Assembly: GCA_018238155.1 (NCBI GenBank)
Contig: JABCTZ010000003.1
Span: forward strand, 205,765-225,764
From: Candidatus Heimdallarchaeota archaeon
GTDB taxonomy: Archaea > Asgardarchaeota > Heimdallarchaeia > JABLTI01
Reading direction: 5' to 3'
DNA: 20,000 bases
Below, piece after piece: positions 6,585 through 15,551 of this stretch; the first letter of the stretch is position 1; each line of letters opens with the position of its first letter. The notes beneath the pieces were generated by a model. That model saw only the letters and a list, made by a program, of their open reading frames with translations. It was not told the DNA's origin and did not search any database. The translations under genes were made by a program, and so were the position numbers.

Positions 6585-6941
6585 TTATTCTAGCTTATCT
6601 TCTACATCAAAAGCCATTTTTCCAGCTTCAACAGTTATAAAACTGAAACTCAATGTATGTGTTCCTGAAGATAAAGAACCTTTGATTTTAAAAGTAAAAG
6701 TATCTCCCTTTGTTAATTTGAAGGGATTTTCCTTGGAAATTTCTGCTACTGCTATTTCTTGTTCTTTAACAAAAATGTTAATTGTGTTCAAATTTAATTC
6801 TTGACCATCAATTTTAAGATATTCAACTTTTTTAACAGTGCCAGGGTATAAATTATTCCGTAATTGAAAGGAATATTCTTCTCCTTCTTGAGCTAAGCTG
6901 CCTTGAACATACAATTTCTTTAACATCGCTTTTGGAATCAT
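6585..6941 (-). CDS. Small beta-sandwich-like protein, possible DUF6379/C-glycoside deglycosidase beta-subunit relative
   Basis: 118 aa; MIPKAMLKKLYVQGSLAQEGEEYSFQLRNNLYPGTVKKVEYLKIDGQELN...VKEQEIAVAEI...KLTKGDTFTFKIKGSLSSGTHTLSFSF resembles that family's general layout. Assignment is from recalled motif pattern only. Confidence 0.4.
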   Translation of the reverse strand: MIPKAMLKKLYVQGSLAQEGEEYSFQLRNNLYPGTVKKVEYLKIDGQELNLNTINIFVKEQEIAVAEISKENPFKLTKGDTFTFKIKGSLSSGTHTLSFSFITVEAGKMAFDVEDKLE

Positions 6942-7050
6942 CTAATACATCTCATTATTTTTTGTTATTTTTTCCCTTCTCATCATTTTAATTTATCGGT
7001 TATTTTCTCTTTGTTTTGGATAAATCTTTTATATTATTGGGAGAAGTATT

Positions 7051-7070
7051 TTTTACGAATATTCGTAAAA
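7051..7070. promoter_or_regulatory. Perfect 20-bp palindrome, candidate metalloregulator operator
   Basis: TTTTACGAAT|ATTCGTAAAA, 21 bp upstream of the ATG of the metal-binding protein gene and downstream of TATA-like TTTTATAT (7027-7034). Confidence 0.65.
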
Positions 7071-7091
7071 TAAACTTGGAGTCTTAAATAA

Positions 7092-8117
7092 ATGAGACAA
7101 ATGCAGACATTTATTGTTCTTCTATTAATAGTATCATTACAAACTAATACAGAGTTTATAGACAATGTTACATCTCATACTGGCGAAAATAACCTAAAAG
7201 AGATTAATAATGGGACAATAAATGTTGTAGCTTCGATTTCAATTGTGGCTGATTTTAGCAATCAAATTGGCGAGGGAATTTTTACTGTAGAAAGTATTGT
7301 GTCTGGGAATGAAAATCCACATGTCTATGAACCATCTCCACATGAAATAGAAAAGGTCGCACAAGCAGATCTTTTTGTGAGATTAGGATTAGAAGGATTA
7401 GAGCCATGGGTTCAATCTGTTTTGGATGTAAACCCTGGAATAAATGTTTTAGAATTAGTAAATTCATCAATGATAGAATTCGATGATGTAATTAATTCTA
7501 ATAATCCTCATGTTTGGATGGATCCAAATAATGTTAAAATAATGATTGAAGAAATTTATCAAAGTGTCTCATTATTAGATCCAACAAATATTGCAACTTA
7601 TGAATCTAATAGAGACTCTTATCTCAATGAACTTGATTTATTACTTATTCGAATTGATCAAGCAAAGGGCGTTTTTAGTGGAACAAAGGTAGTTGTTCAT
7701 CATCCCTCATTCAAATATTTCTTTGATTTACTCGGAATTATTCGAATTGGGGCAATTGAAGAACAAGATGGTGTTGAACCTTCTCCTGATCATATACAAG
7801 AAATAATTTCTGCTATTGAATTAGAAAATGTCACTTTAATAATAAATCAACCTCAATTGGATGATGAAACTGTAAATCAAATTGCAAGAGATACAGAAAT
7901 ACAGATTGTTAATTTAACTCCCTTGCTAGGAGTTTATAGTTTAGTTGATTATATTTCTATGATTGACTACAACATATTGGCACTCAAGAATCCTTTCAAT
8001 CCATCTTCATCATTCTTACCATGGACAACTTGGTTACTAATAGGGTTTGCCGGAACAATACTTGTAGCATTAGGTGTTGCAATAATAATTGTAAGAAGTA
8101 AAAATCCAAGAAAATAA
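7092..8117 (+). CDS. Zn/Mn-type ABC transporter substrate-binding protein (TroA/ZnuA family), C-terminally membrane anchored
   Basis: 341 aa; NPHVYEPSPHEIEKVAQADLFVRLG, NPHVWMDPNNVKIM, VVVHHPSFKYFFDLLGI metal-ligand His motifs; C-terminal TM WLLIGFAGTILVALGVAIIIV. Confidence 0.93.
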   Translation: MRQMQTFIVLLLIVSLQTNTEFIDNVTSHTGENNLKEINNGTINVVASISIVADFSNQIGEGIFTVESIVSGNENPHVYEPSPHEIEKVAQADLFVRLGLEGLEPWVQSVLDVNPGINVLELVNSSMIEFDDVINSNNPHVWMDPNNVKIMIEEIYQSVSLLDPTNIATYESNRDSYLNELDLLLIRIDQAKGVFSGTKVVVHHPSFKYFFDLLGIIRIGAIEEQDGVEPSPDHIQEIISAIELENVTLIINQPQLDDETVNQIARDTEIQIVNLTPLLGVYSLVDYISMIDYNILALKNPFNPSSSFLPWTTWLLIGFAGTILVALGVAIIIVRSKNPRK

Positions 8118-8133
8118 AGGGCTGGTTATCAAA

Positions 8134-8568
8134 TTGAAACGTAGAATAGATTTGGAAGAAAAGTTGTTAGATTTCTTGCATTCGTGGCTTCGTCCAATAC
8201 GAATTGGAGATTTAAAGAAAGAATTAGAGAAAGAACATATTGCCATCCCTCATTCATCTATTAATTCAATAATCAAGAGGTTGGTGGATGATAAGTTAAT
8301 TACTTGGCAAAAATACGGTCCAATTTCTTTAACTCAGAAAGGACAACAACAAGCAGCTCATAAACAAAGACATTTTCATTTATTGATAATGTTCTTTATG
8401 AATACTCTCCATTTGTCACATCGGGAAGCAAAAAAAGAGAGTCATGTAATAGCAAGTGTCATATCATGCAATATGATCGGTCAAATTAGCAGAGAGTTAA
8501 ATAACCCTTTGAAGTGTCATTGCAATGAAACCATTCCTAGAGTGGAGCAATGCACAGTAAGAAACTAA
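8134..8568 (+). CDS. DtxR/MntR-like metal-dependent transcriptional regulator
   Basis: 144 aa; N-terminal wHTH (LLDFLHSWLRPIRIGDLKKEL...SINSIIKRLVDDKLITWQKYGPISLTQKGQQQA), then KQRHFHLLIMFFMNTLHLSHREAKKESHVIASVISCNMIGQISRELNNPLKCHCNETIP, matching DtxR dimerization-domain layout. Sits inside the ABC operon. Confidence 0.75.
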   Translation: MKRRIDLEEKLLDFLHSWLRPIRIGDLKKELEKEHIAIPHSSINSIIKRLVDDKLITWQKYGPISLTQKGQQQAAHKQRHFHLLIMFFMNTLHLSHREAKKESHVIASVISCNMIGQISRELNNPLKCHCNETIPRVEQCTVRN

Positions 8569-8584
8569 TCAAGGTGAGTAAACA

Positions 8585-9595
8585 ATGAGCGTTTTACTAG
8601 AATTCTTCCAAGCATTTCAATATCCATTTATGCAAAGAGCATTTGTATCCGCATTTGTGATTGGCATCGTTTGTTCAATTATTGGTGTTTTTGTTCTCTT
8701 GAGAGGGCTAATCTTCCTAGGGCAAGCAATTGCTCATTCTGCATTTGCAGGTGCGGCATTAGCTATTCTTACAGGCATCGATCCGATATTAACAATAATT
8801 GGTTTTTCAGTTGTATCTGCAATTGGCATTGGTTATGTCAATCAAAAGAAATTAATGAATAGTGAGGTGATAATTGGCATTGTCTTTGCATTCTTTATGG
8901 CGTTGGCAATACTTTTCATTGGTTTACATGGAGAATATAGTTCAGATATCAATTCAATCCTTTTTGGTAATATATTACTCGTTGACCTTGCAGATATGCT
9001 TCTTCTAATAGTTTTTTCTGTTGTTATTCTTCTGATAGTTTTTGCAATCAAAAAGGAGTTATATTTTATGACGTTTGACTCTCAACAAGCACAAGTTTCA
9101 GGTGTGCCTGTTAAATTCCTTTCCTATCTCTTCCTTATTGCAGTTTCTTTAACAATTTCAGTTTCACTAAAAGCGATCGGAGCAATTTTGGTTTTTGCTA
9201 TGATTGTTACTCCTGCGGCAGCAGCATATCAATGGACTTTCAAAATTAATACTATGATTATACTCTCAGCTATCTTTGGGGTTTTCTCAGCTATCTTTGG
9301 TTTATTCTTTTCATATATTTTGGATTTGCCTTCAGGTTCAACTATTGTTATATTAATAACATTGATCTTTGTTATCTCGTTTATTGCTTCTCCAAAAAGA
9401 AGAGCTTCTAAAAAAGATCTCCTGGAATGTCCTTTCTGCAAAGATTATCTTCCTGGACCTTGTGAGGATTGTAATGGTGATTGTGATTTGGGAATACCTC
9501 ATACACATGAAGAAGAACGAATTATAATAAGTACAAAACATTTACCTGATAAGGATCCAACTACACACAACCATATGGAGGAGGAAACAAAGTAA
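8585..9595 (+). CDS. Zn/Mn-type ABC transporter permease (ZnuB/MntB family) with Cys/His-rich C-terminal tail
   Basis: 336 aa, multi-TM; FLLGQAIAHSAFAGAALAIL-type motif (FLGQAIAHSAFAGAALAILTG), AIGAILVFAMIVTPAAAAYQ; tail ECPFCKDYLPGPCEDCNGDCDLGIPHTHEE... Confidence 0.93.
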   Translation: MSVLLEFFQAFQYPFMQRAFVSAFVIGIVCSIIGVFVLLRGLIFLGQAIAHSAFAGAALAILTGIDPILTIIGFSVVSAIGIGYVNQKKLMNSEVIIGIVFAFFMALAILFIGLHGEYSSDINSILFGNILLVDLADMLLLIVFSVVILLIVFAIKKELYFMTFDSQQAQVSGVPVKFLSYLFLIAVSLTISVSLKAIGAILVFAMIVTPAAAAYQWTFKINTMIILSAIFGVFSAIFGLFFSYILDLPSGSTIVILITLIFVISFIASPKRRASKKDLLECPFCKDYLPGPCEDCNGDCDLGIPHTHEEERIIISTKHLPDKDPTTHNHMEEETK

Positions 9596-10383
9596 TGACT
9601 AGTAAGGAAATTAATAAAGTGAATAATTCTACTGTTGCTTCTTCTAGCAAAACTCCAAAGCCAATTATTTGTGTTCATGATGTTGTTGTTGCTTATCAAT
9701 CAAATGTTGCGATATTTGATATTAATCTCGACATCTTCAGGAACGAGTTTGTTGGTATTTGTGGTCCAAATGGTTCTGGGAAAAGTACATTATTAAAAAG
9801 TATTATTGGCGCTGTTGACCCGCTAAAAGGAACAGTCAAGATTTTAGGTGAAGATATTTTAAAGAAAGGAAGTCTACATGGACTAAGGAAAAAATTTGGT
9901 TACCTTCCTCAAAAAACTGAAATTGATCGTAACTTTCCTGCATTAGTAAAAGATGTTGTAGGGATGGGACTCTATTCAACCGTTGGTCTCTTTAGAAGTT
10001 TAAACAAAAAAGATTATGAAAGAATCGATCGAGCACTTGAAATTGTGGAGTTGGATCAGTTCAAAGATAGACCAATAGGGCATCTATCTGGCGGACAACA
10101 ACAGAAGGTAATGATTGCCAGAGGAATTGTTAATGAACCCGAAATTCTCTTTTTGGACGAACCCACCTCGGCTCTAGATTTCAAGGTTGCAAGAAATATT
10201 ATGACCCTTATACGGAAGATTCACGAAGAAACAGAACTAACAATTATCTTGGTAAGTCACGATATTGACTTTATCAAGAATAATTGTTCTAGAGCAGTTT
10301 GTATGAATAGGCGGATTGTTTGGGAAGGAAATCCAAAAGATGAAGAATTTGATGAAGTGATAAACAGAGTTTTCCTAAAATAG
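9595..10383 (+). CDS. Zn/Mn-type ABC transporter ATP-binding protein (ZnuC family)
   Basis: 262 aa; Walker A GPNGSGKST, signature LSGGQQQKVMIARG, Walker B ILFLDEP; start overlaps the permease stop (TAATG). Confidence 0.95.
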   Translation: MTSKEINKVNNSTVASSSKTPKPIICVHDVVVAYQSNVAIFDINLDIFRNEFVGICGPNGSGKSTLLKSIIGAVDPLKGTVKILGEDILKKGSLHGLRKKFGYLPQKTEIDRNFPALVKDVVGMGLYSTVGLFRSLNKKDYERIDRALEIVELDQFKDRPIGHLSGGQQQKVMIARGIVNEPEILFLDEPTSALDFKVARNIMTLIRKIHEETELTIILVSHDIDFIKNNCSRAVCMNRRIVWEGNPKDEEFDEVINRVFLK

Positions 10384-10391
10384 GCTATTTT

Positions 10392-11720
10392 TTAGGGGAA
10401 CGCTGATTTTAAGAACTCGAAGATATGTTTGGATGAAATCTTAGATTCACCACGCACTCTAGGATTGAAAACATAACCAACTCGGCTCACAGTAGTTTCT
10501 TTCTTTTTGGAATGTTTTAGTAATTCAAACATGATTTTATATCCCTTTGGTCTGAAACCTTTAGGGTGGTTTTCAATAATCATTTTTGAATATTCAGTTT
10601 CCCCACCAAAAAGTCCACTCATTACATCAGTACAAGTGGCAGATCTGTGAATCCAAAGAGAAAATTTACCAATTGTTTTTGCACCCCAAGAAATCAATCT
10701 TCTTTTGAAGGGCCAATCTGGTATTTCATCTCGTTCACCAATAACAAAATGGAATCCTTCACGAAGTTTGACTGCAATTTCACCTGCCTTCTCTGGGGGA
10801 TGTTGGAAATCACAATCCATAACAACATAATATGGTGTTTGAACCCTCTTGATAGCATCAATAACACTAATCGTTAAACCATGAATTTCCTCTTGCTCTC
10901 TATCAAGCAAAGAAACATTTGGGTTCCTAGCATTAAATTCACGAACTTGCTCTCGAGTTCCGTCTTTTGAACCATCATCAGCAATAATTAATTTTACATT
11001 AGCATATTTTTCAGTAATGACTTCCATAAGTTGACCGACATTTTCATTTTCGTTAAATGTTGGAGAAATGACCGTTAAATCACAGAAATCCATATCTGGA
11101 GGAACAACAATTGGTTCATCAGGTGTTTTTTCAGAAACGGAAAAAGTCCATATTTCATTCCAAAGAAAATTCCACAAAACCGTAATAATAAATGCTATCA
11201 TAGTTGAGGGGATGAGTGAATGTTTCTCTTGAACAATAACTAAACTGAACAAACCATTCAACCCTGAAGTCAGAAAATATTTCAAAATAGCTCCAGAGCC
11301 ACCCACTAAACCATATTTTAAGAATTGTAAGAAGAAGTTTTCACTCTTAGCTTCTTTGAAGGTCCAAAATTTATTTAATAAGAAATTTGACGTTGTTGCA
11401 GCACCAATACCTAACGTGAGCGCAATAAAACCAATAATTGAATAACTAAAGAGATTTACATTACCTATAGTGATATATTGGTCTGCCAGACTTGGCCAAT
11501 ATTTATTTATAATAATCTCTGTCAAATACACTGCTAAAGTATTAATTCCAAAACCAATCAGAGATACTATAGTGAACTGAGGAAGCCTTCTCTTCATTCT
11601 TTGACCAAAGCTTTTACTTCGTTCTTTGAAACTAAGTTTCTCTTGCTCTTCTGATTCATCAAAAGTTTCTATTAGCTCAGCGTCTTCCAAAGCAATCCTT
11701 CTCCTAAAGACAAATCTCAA
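10392..11720 (-). CDS. GtrA-like membrane domain fused to C-terminal GT2 polyprenyl-phosphate mannosyltransferase-like domain
   Basis: 442 aa; N-terminal four-TM GtrA-like region (YGLVGGSGAILKYFLTSG...NFLWNEIWTF), then LTVISPTFNENENVGQLMEVI, LIIADDGSKDGTREQV, YYVVMDCDFQHPPEKAGEI. Confidence 0.88.
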   Translation of the reverse strand: MRFVFRRRIALEDAELIETFDESEEQEKLSFKERSKSFGQRMKRRLPQFTIVSLIGFGINTLAVYLTEIIINKYWPSLADQYITIGNVNLFSYSIIGFIALTLGIGAATTSNFLLNKFWTFKEAKSENFFLQFLKYGLVGGSGAILKYFLTSGLNGLFSLVIVQEKHSLIPSTMIAFIITVLWNFLWNEIWTFSVSEKTPDEPIVVPPDMDFCDLTVISPTFNENENVGQLMEVITEKYANVKLIIADDGSKDGTREQVREFNARNPNVSLLDREQEEIHGLTISVIDAIKRVQTPYYVVMDCDFQHPPEKAGEIAVKLREGFHFVIGERDEIPDWPFKRRLISWGAKTIGKFSLWIHRSATCTDVMSGLFGGETEYSKMIIENHPKGFRPKGYKIMFELLKHSKKKETTVSRVGYVFNPRVRGESKISSKHIFEFLKSAFP

Positions 11721-11939
11721 TTATATTCGAGATTTTAAATAGATATTAGATAATTCATTATTAAAACTATTCAAATTATTCATTGAGTGTAATATTCTCA
11801 CGTCTTCTTTACCATTTAAAATAAATGCTCCTTTTATTTCAAATACACTTTAGACTAGTTGAATTTATTCCCTGTTGATTGTTTTATCGTTAATGTCAAT
11901 ATCAGTATAAAACGTTCTTTGTTTCTTTTATTTAGAACT

Positions 11940-12914
11940 TTAGTATTGGGTTAGCTTCATTTTCCCATCTAAAACGCAGGTAGCATTGCCACCAATGTAA
12001 ATTTCTTTTATAACCTCATTAACAGTAACCATTTCCACAACAATTTCTCCAATTCGGTTATCATTTGATTGTTGAACAAAAGTGGTAATGATTTTGGAAC
12101 CAGAAATAGTAATTAACTTTTGCTCATAAACATAAGCTGCTATTCCTGGATTACTTAATCCAGTTATCAGATCTTCAAAATAACCCCCAGAATCAATAGT
12201 AATTACATTAGGATTGAAAACTCGAGTGTATATTTTATTATCAGCTTGCAATTCATCAATATAGAATAAACAAATATATTCAACATTAATTTCTGTTGCA
12301 AGATTGATTAATTTACTTCTATTCTTAATGACTTTGTTAAGCGCTTCTTTATTTGTCACTGGAACCATTACAGACCAATGCTTCATTTTCACCGCTTGTA
12401 TAGGAACAGCTCTGTGAATGTCTTCAGAAGCTAATCCTAGCGCTTCTGCCATCATCGTATTATCATAATCAATTCTACGAAATTCAGCTTTTTCATTCCA
12501 ATCAAGCATAATCATCAATTGATGTAATTCTCGTCCTTTTGATTGAACAAGTAAAGGAAAAACACCGTCTTTTGTTTGCACTGTTAATACATTAGTACCT
12601 CCATCTTTCAAAGTAACTTGTTTTTCTGCGATCATTACAAAAGTAGAACCAATCAAACTTTGATAATCACAATCGATTTCTGCATGTTTTGAATAGGAGT
12701 TTATTTTGAAATCAGATTTACCATCATCTGAATCACCGATAAAAACACCTTTTGTAGCATTCATCTCTCGAATAATTGATGTTTTTTCTTCTAATGCCAA
12801 ATTCTCGCCATAGAGTACAACTACAAGAGAATTGCCTTGAAATGGTTCTTTAGTAAAAACATCAACTAATTTCAAATCAACTTGTTTTGCTGTTGTTTTT
12901 CGGTGGTATGTCAA
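11940..12914 (-). CDS. Divergent PhzF family protein
   Basis: 324 aa; VDLKLVDVFTKEPFQGNSLVVVLYGENL (PhzF N-terminal motif), VQTKDGVFPL, and a second-half FNPNVITIDSGGYFEDLITGLSNPGIAAYV...ISGSKI pattern. Confidence 0.8.
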   Translation of the reverse strand: MTYHRKTTAKQVDLKLVDVFTKEPFQGNSLVVVLYGENLALEEKTSIIREMNATKGVFIGDSDDGKSDFKINSYSKHAEIDCDYQSLIGSTFVMIAEKQVTLKDGGTNVLTVQTKDGVFPLLVQSKGRELHQLMIMLDWNEKAEFRRIDYDNTMMAEALGLASEDIHRAVPIQAVKMKHWSVMVPVTNKEALNKVIKNRSKLINLATEINVEYICLFYIDELQADNKIYTRVFNPNVITIDSGGYFEDLITGLSNPGIAAYVYEQKLITISGSKIITTFVQQSNDNRIGEIVVEMVTVNEVIKEIYIGGNATCVLDGKMKLTQY

Positions 12915-13040
12915 CTCAATATCTCCTTAATTCCGAATAATAGTTAGCCTAACTAATAGTTCTCTTTTGAAAGAATACATGCCACTCACATTTAATTTTA
13001 TGGTTATTTTCAAAATCACTACTGATAAGAAGAATAGATG

Positions 13041-13075
13041 AAAAAGAAAGGATTTGAGGTTGAAGAATCAACCTC
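13041..13075 (-). terminator. Hairpin plus T-rich tract after the membrane protein gene
   Basis: GAGGTTGA(13056-13063)-agaa-TCAACCTC(13068-13075), 8 bp perfect. On the - strand it is followed by AAATCCTTTCTTTTTC, starting 17 nt after the stop codon at 13092. Confidence 0.6.
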
Positions 13076-13091
13076 GGTGATATTAAAACTA

Positions 13092-14516
13092 CTACATTAC
13101 AAGTTTTGCAATTGATTTGTTAGAATCAAGTGATCTACCTGCTTCCTTAATGTCTCCACGTAATTCTGCAGGCATTCTGGAAGGTAATTTATGGTTGGTT
13201 TCTTCATCTTGAGCGTAAGCGAAAATAAACGTAAGATACGCTGTCTTCATTGGTCTAAAGATAAAGAATGTTGGAATATTACCAAATATCAACATGGGTA
13301 TTATTGTAACCAATAGAGCTACAGTCCAAGTGATACCAGTACCTAAAACACCTTTGAGAATAACACCAATGATAGCTCCAATAATGCCATAAATTAAAAA
13401 GGCAATTGCTTGAATGAATGACATTCCCGTACTAACACCTGTTTCACGAATAAGAACATCCATATAGTATTTTTTCAACAAGGCGAAGCTTCTCGTAACA
13501 CCATCTTTGAATTTTCTGCCTTCGATAGCGATTGCTGGGAGTGTAAAGTAAGTAAGATATTTGAAGATAATTCCCATAATTCTGGCAACTATTCGAGCCA
13601 AAATTGCAAATATAATACCTAAAGCATTACCTTGTTTACTTGTTTTTGCGGCAGAATTCCTGAGCATTTGTTGAGCCCAAGTCACTAATGCAGTTACTAT
13701 ACCAAATATTAAGATAGGTCCAAACATTCCTGCGACATTTCTTACACAGAATTTCATATCTGGGTCTCTTTTTCGATACCATTCATAGGCATAGGTTGTG
13801 TTAATTGCTTCTGCAACATAAAACATACCATAGTAAATAACTAATTGCAAAAGTGAAGCCAATGATCCTAAAACATACCCTAACCATTCTACCGACCCTT
13901 GGAAAGTAAATACTAAGAATGCGAATATTGATCCCATTGTTATGAAGTTAATAATCGAAACAAAAGTCACAAATAGAGGTGCAATGATCATGCCCTTTTC
14001 TGCAAGAACAACTCTGCCGGTAAATTTCATAAATTCACCTGCTCGTTTGAATTTTTTAAAATTAGTAATCATTCCAATGATTAATCCTACTGCAGGAAGA
14101 AGTGTTCCGATCATGCCTATTGGATTAGTCAAACCGAAGAGAAGTGCTCCAACAATTGCTCCAATGATGTAAAAAATACATCCTGCATAAACAATAATAT
14201 GTCCAAATTTTGCTACTAAAACTAATAGTAACCAACCAACTAAAAATCCAATTGCTGTTAAACCTACAACAATGAGAAGAATGATCCACCAATATTGTGC
14301 AATAGTTGCTCCAGTTCCTACTATTAACTCCATCAAGTCATTAAGAAGAAGAGAAATTATTTCTCCAATTGTTTCAGTTGAACCTTGAGGGGTTATTCTC
14401 AGTAAGAGAATGAAACACAAAACACCTATACCTACAAATATTAGGGACGTTAAGGAGTAACCTAAAATTGCTCCTTTGTTTGCCGGCTTGGGTTTTATTT
14501 TTCCTACAGCTGTCAT
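13092..14516 (-). CDS. Polytopic membrane protein, DUF6159-like (remote similarity)
   Basis: 474 aa, many TM segments; YYGMFYVAEAINTTYAYEWYRKRDPDMKFCVRNVAG...YLTYFTLPAIAIEGRKFKDGVTRSFALLKKYY resembles the pattern of that family. Confidence 0.5.
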   Translation of the reverse strand: MTAVGKIKPKPANKGAILGYSLTSLIFVGIGVLCFILLLRITPQGSTETIGEIISLLLNDLMELIVGTGATIAQYWWIILLIVVGLTAIGFLVGWLLLVLVAKFGHIIVYAGCIFYIIGAIVGALLFGLTNPIGMIGTLLPAVGLIIGMITNFKKFKRAGEFMKFTGRVVLAEKGMIIAPLFVTFVSIINFITMGSIFAFLVFTFQGSVEWLGYVLGSLASLLQLVIYYGMFYVAEAINTTYAYEWYRKRDPDMKFCVRNVAGMFGPILIFGIVTALVTWAQQMLRNSAAKTSKQGNALGIIFAILARIVARIMGIIFKYLTYFTLPAIAIEGRKFKDGVTRSFALLKKYYMDVLIRETGVSTGMSFIQAIAFLIYGIIGAIIGVILKGVLGTGITWTVALLVTIIPMLIFGNIPTFFIFRPMKTAYLTFIFAYAQDEETNHKLPSRMPAELRGDIKEAGRSLDSNKSIAKLVM

Positions 14517-14675
14517 TTTTAATCCTCAATAGATAGTTAAATAATTCTGATTTCTCATATCAGTAATTCTTTATAATAATATTGTTAGTCTATTTTTCAT
14601 TTGATGGAAATTAATTTATTCACATGAATAACAATCGAAGATATCAAATAGAACTACTCTGGGAGAATTCAGTAG

Positions 14676-15551
14676 ATGTCAGGTGAAACTAAGTCAACTT
14701 CTGTTGATGAAATAAAAAATGCTATCCAAATTTCTAATGTAACCAAAGTTTATGGTGTAACTATTGCCCTCGCAGGAGTTTCATTTGAAGTAAAACTTGG
14801 AGAGATATTTGGTTTATTAGGTCCAAATGGTGCGGGGAAAACCACTTCGATTAGAATTCTTAAAGGAATGATTAAGCCAACATCCGGAGAGGCATTTATT
14901 CTAGGGAAAAGAATAAGTGATGATCCTAATTGGGCGAAAGAGCATACTGGTTATTTACCTGAAGAAGGTAGTCTCATAGGAAGATTAACTCCATTAGAAC
15001 TTTCAGAATTCATTGGAGGATTATTTGGTGTTTCTGCAGAAATTTCTAGAAATAGATCCACTGAATTATTCCGAATGTTTGAACTCTATGAGAAAAAAGA
15101 TGAACTTATAGAAAAACTCTCTCGAGGGATGAAACAAAAATTATCCATTATTTGTTCTCTTATACACGATCCTGATATTCTTCTGATGGATGAGCCGTTA
15201 GCTAGTTTAGACCCTTCAGCTGCTAAAATGGTTAAAGATTTCATTAAATTTCTATCTCGAGAAAAAGAAAAAACGATCATTATCTCATCACATCGATTGT
15301 CTTTAGTAGAAGATGTTTGTGATCGCGTAGCAATTATTCATCAAGGTGTAATCATCGCAGAAGGAACTCCAAAGAGCATTATGCAAGAAACAAATACTTC
15401 TTCGTTAGAAGATGCTTATTTAGCTGTTATTCCCGGTTATAAAAGTCCTGTAATTACAAACGAAGGCATAATTGTTGAATCTGCTCCTGAGATTAACACC
15501 AACGATGCTTCTGAGCTTTCAGAATTGAAAACAGATGAAAGTAATAACTAA
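14676..15551 (+). CDS. ABC transporter ATP-binding protein
   Basis: 291 aa; GLLGPNGAGKTTSIRILKG, LSRGMKQKLSII, ILLMDEPLASLDPSA. Confidence 0.93.
   Translation: MSGETKSTSVDEIKNAIQISNVTKVYGVTIALAGVSFEVKLGEIFGLLGPNGAGKTTSIRILKGMIKPTSGEAFILGKRISDDPNWAKEHTGYLPEEGSLIGRLTPLELSEFIGGLFGVSAEISRNRSTELFRMFELYEKKDELIEKLSRGMKQKLSIICSLIHDPDILLMDEPLASLDPSAAKMVKDFIKFLSREKEKTIIISSHRLSLVEDVCDRVAIIHQGVIIAEGTPKSIMQETNTSSLEDAYLAVIPGYKSPVITNEGIIVESAPEINTNDASELSELKTDESNN

Noticed and set aside
7092-10383. A novel defence or mobile system among the regulator and ABC genes
   Set aside because: Composition is fully explained by a Zn/Mn-type importer operon with its regulator; no nuclease, integrase or toxin-like domain.
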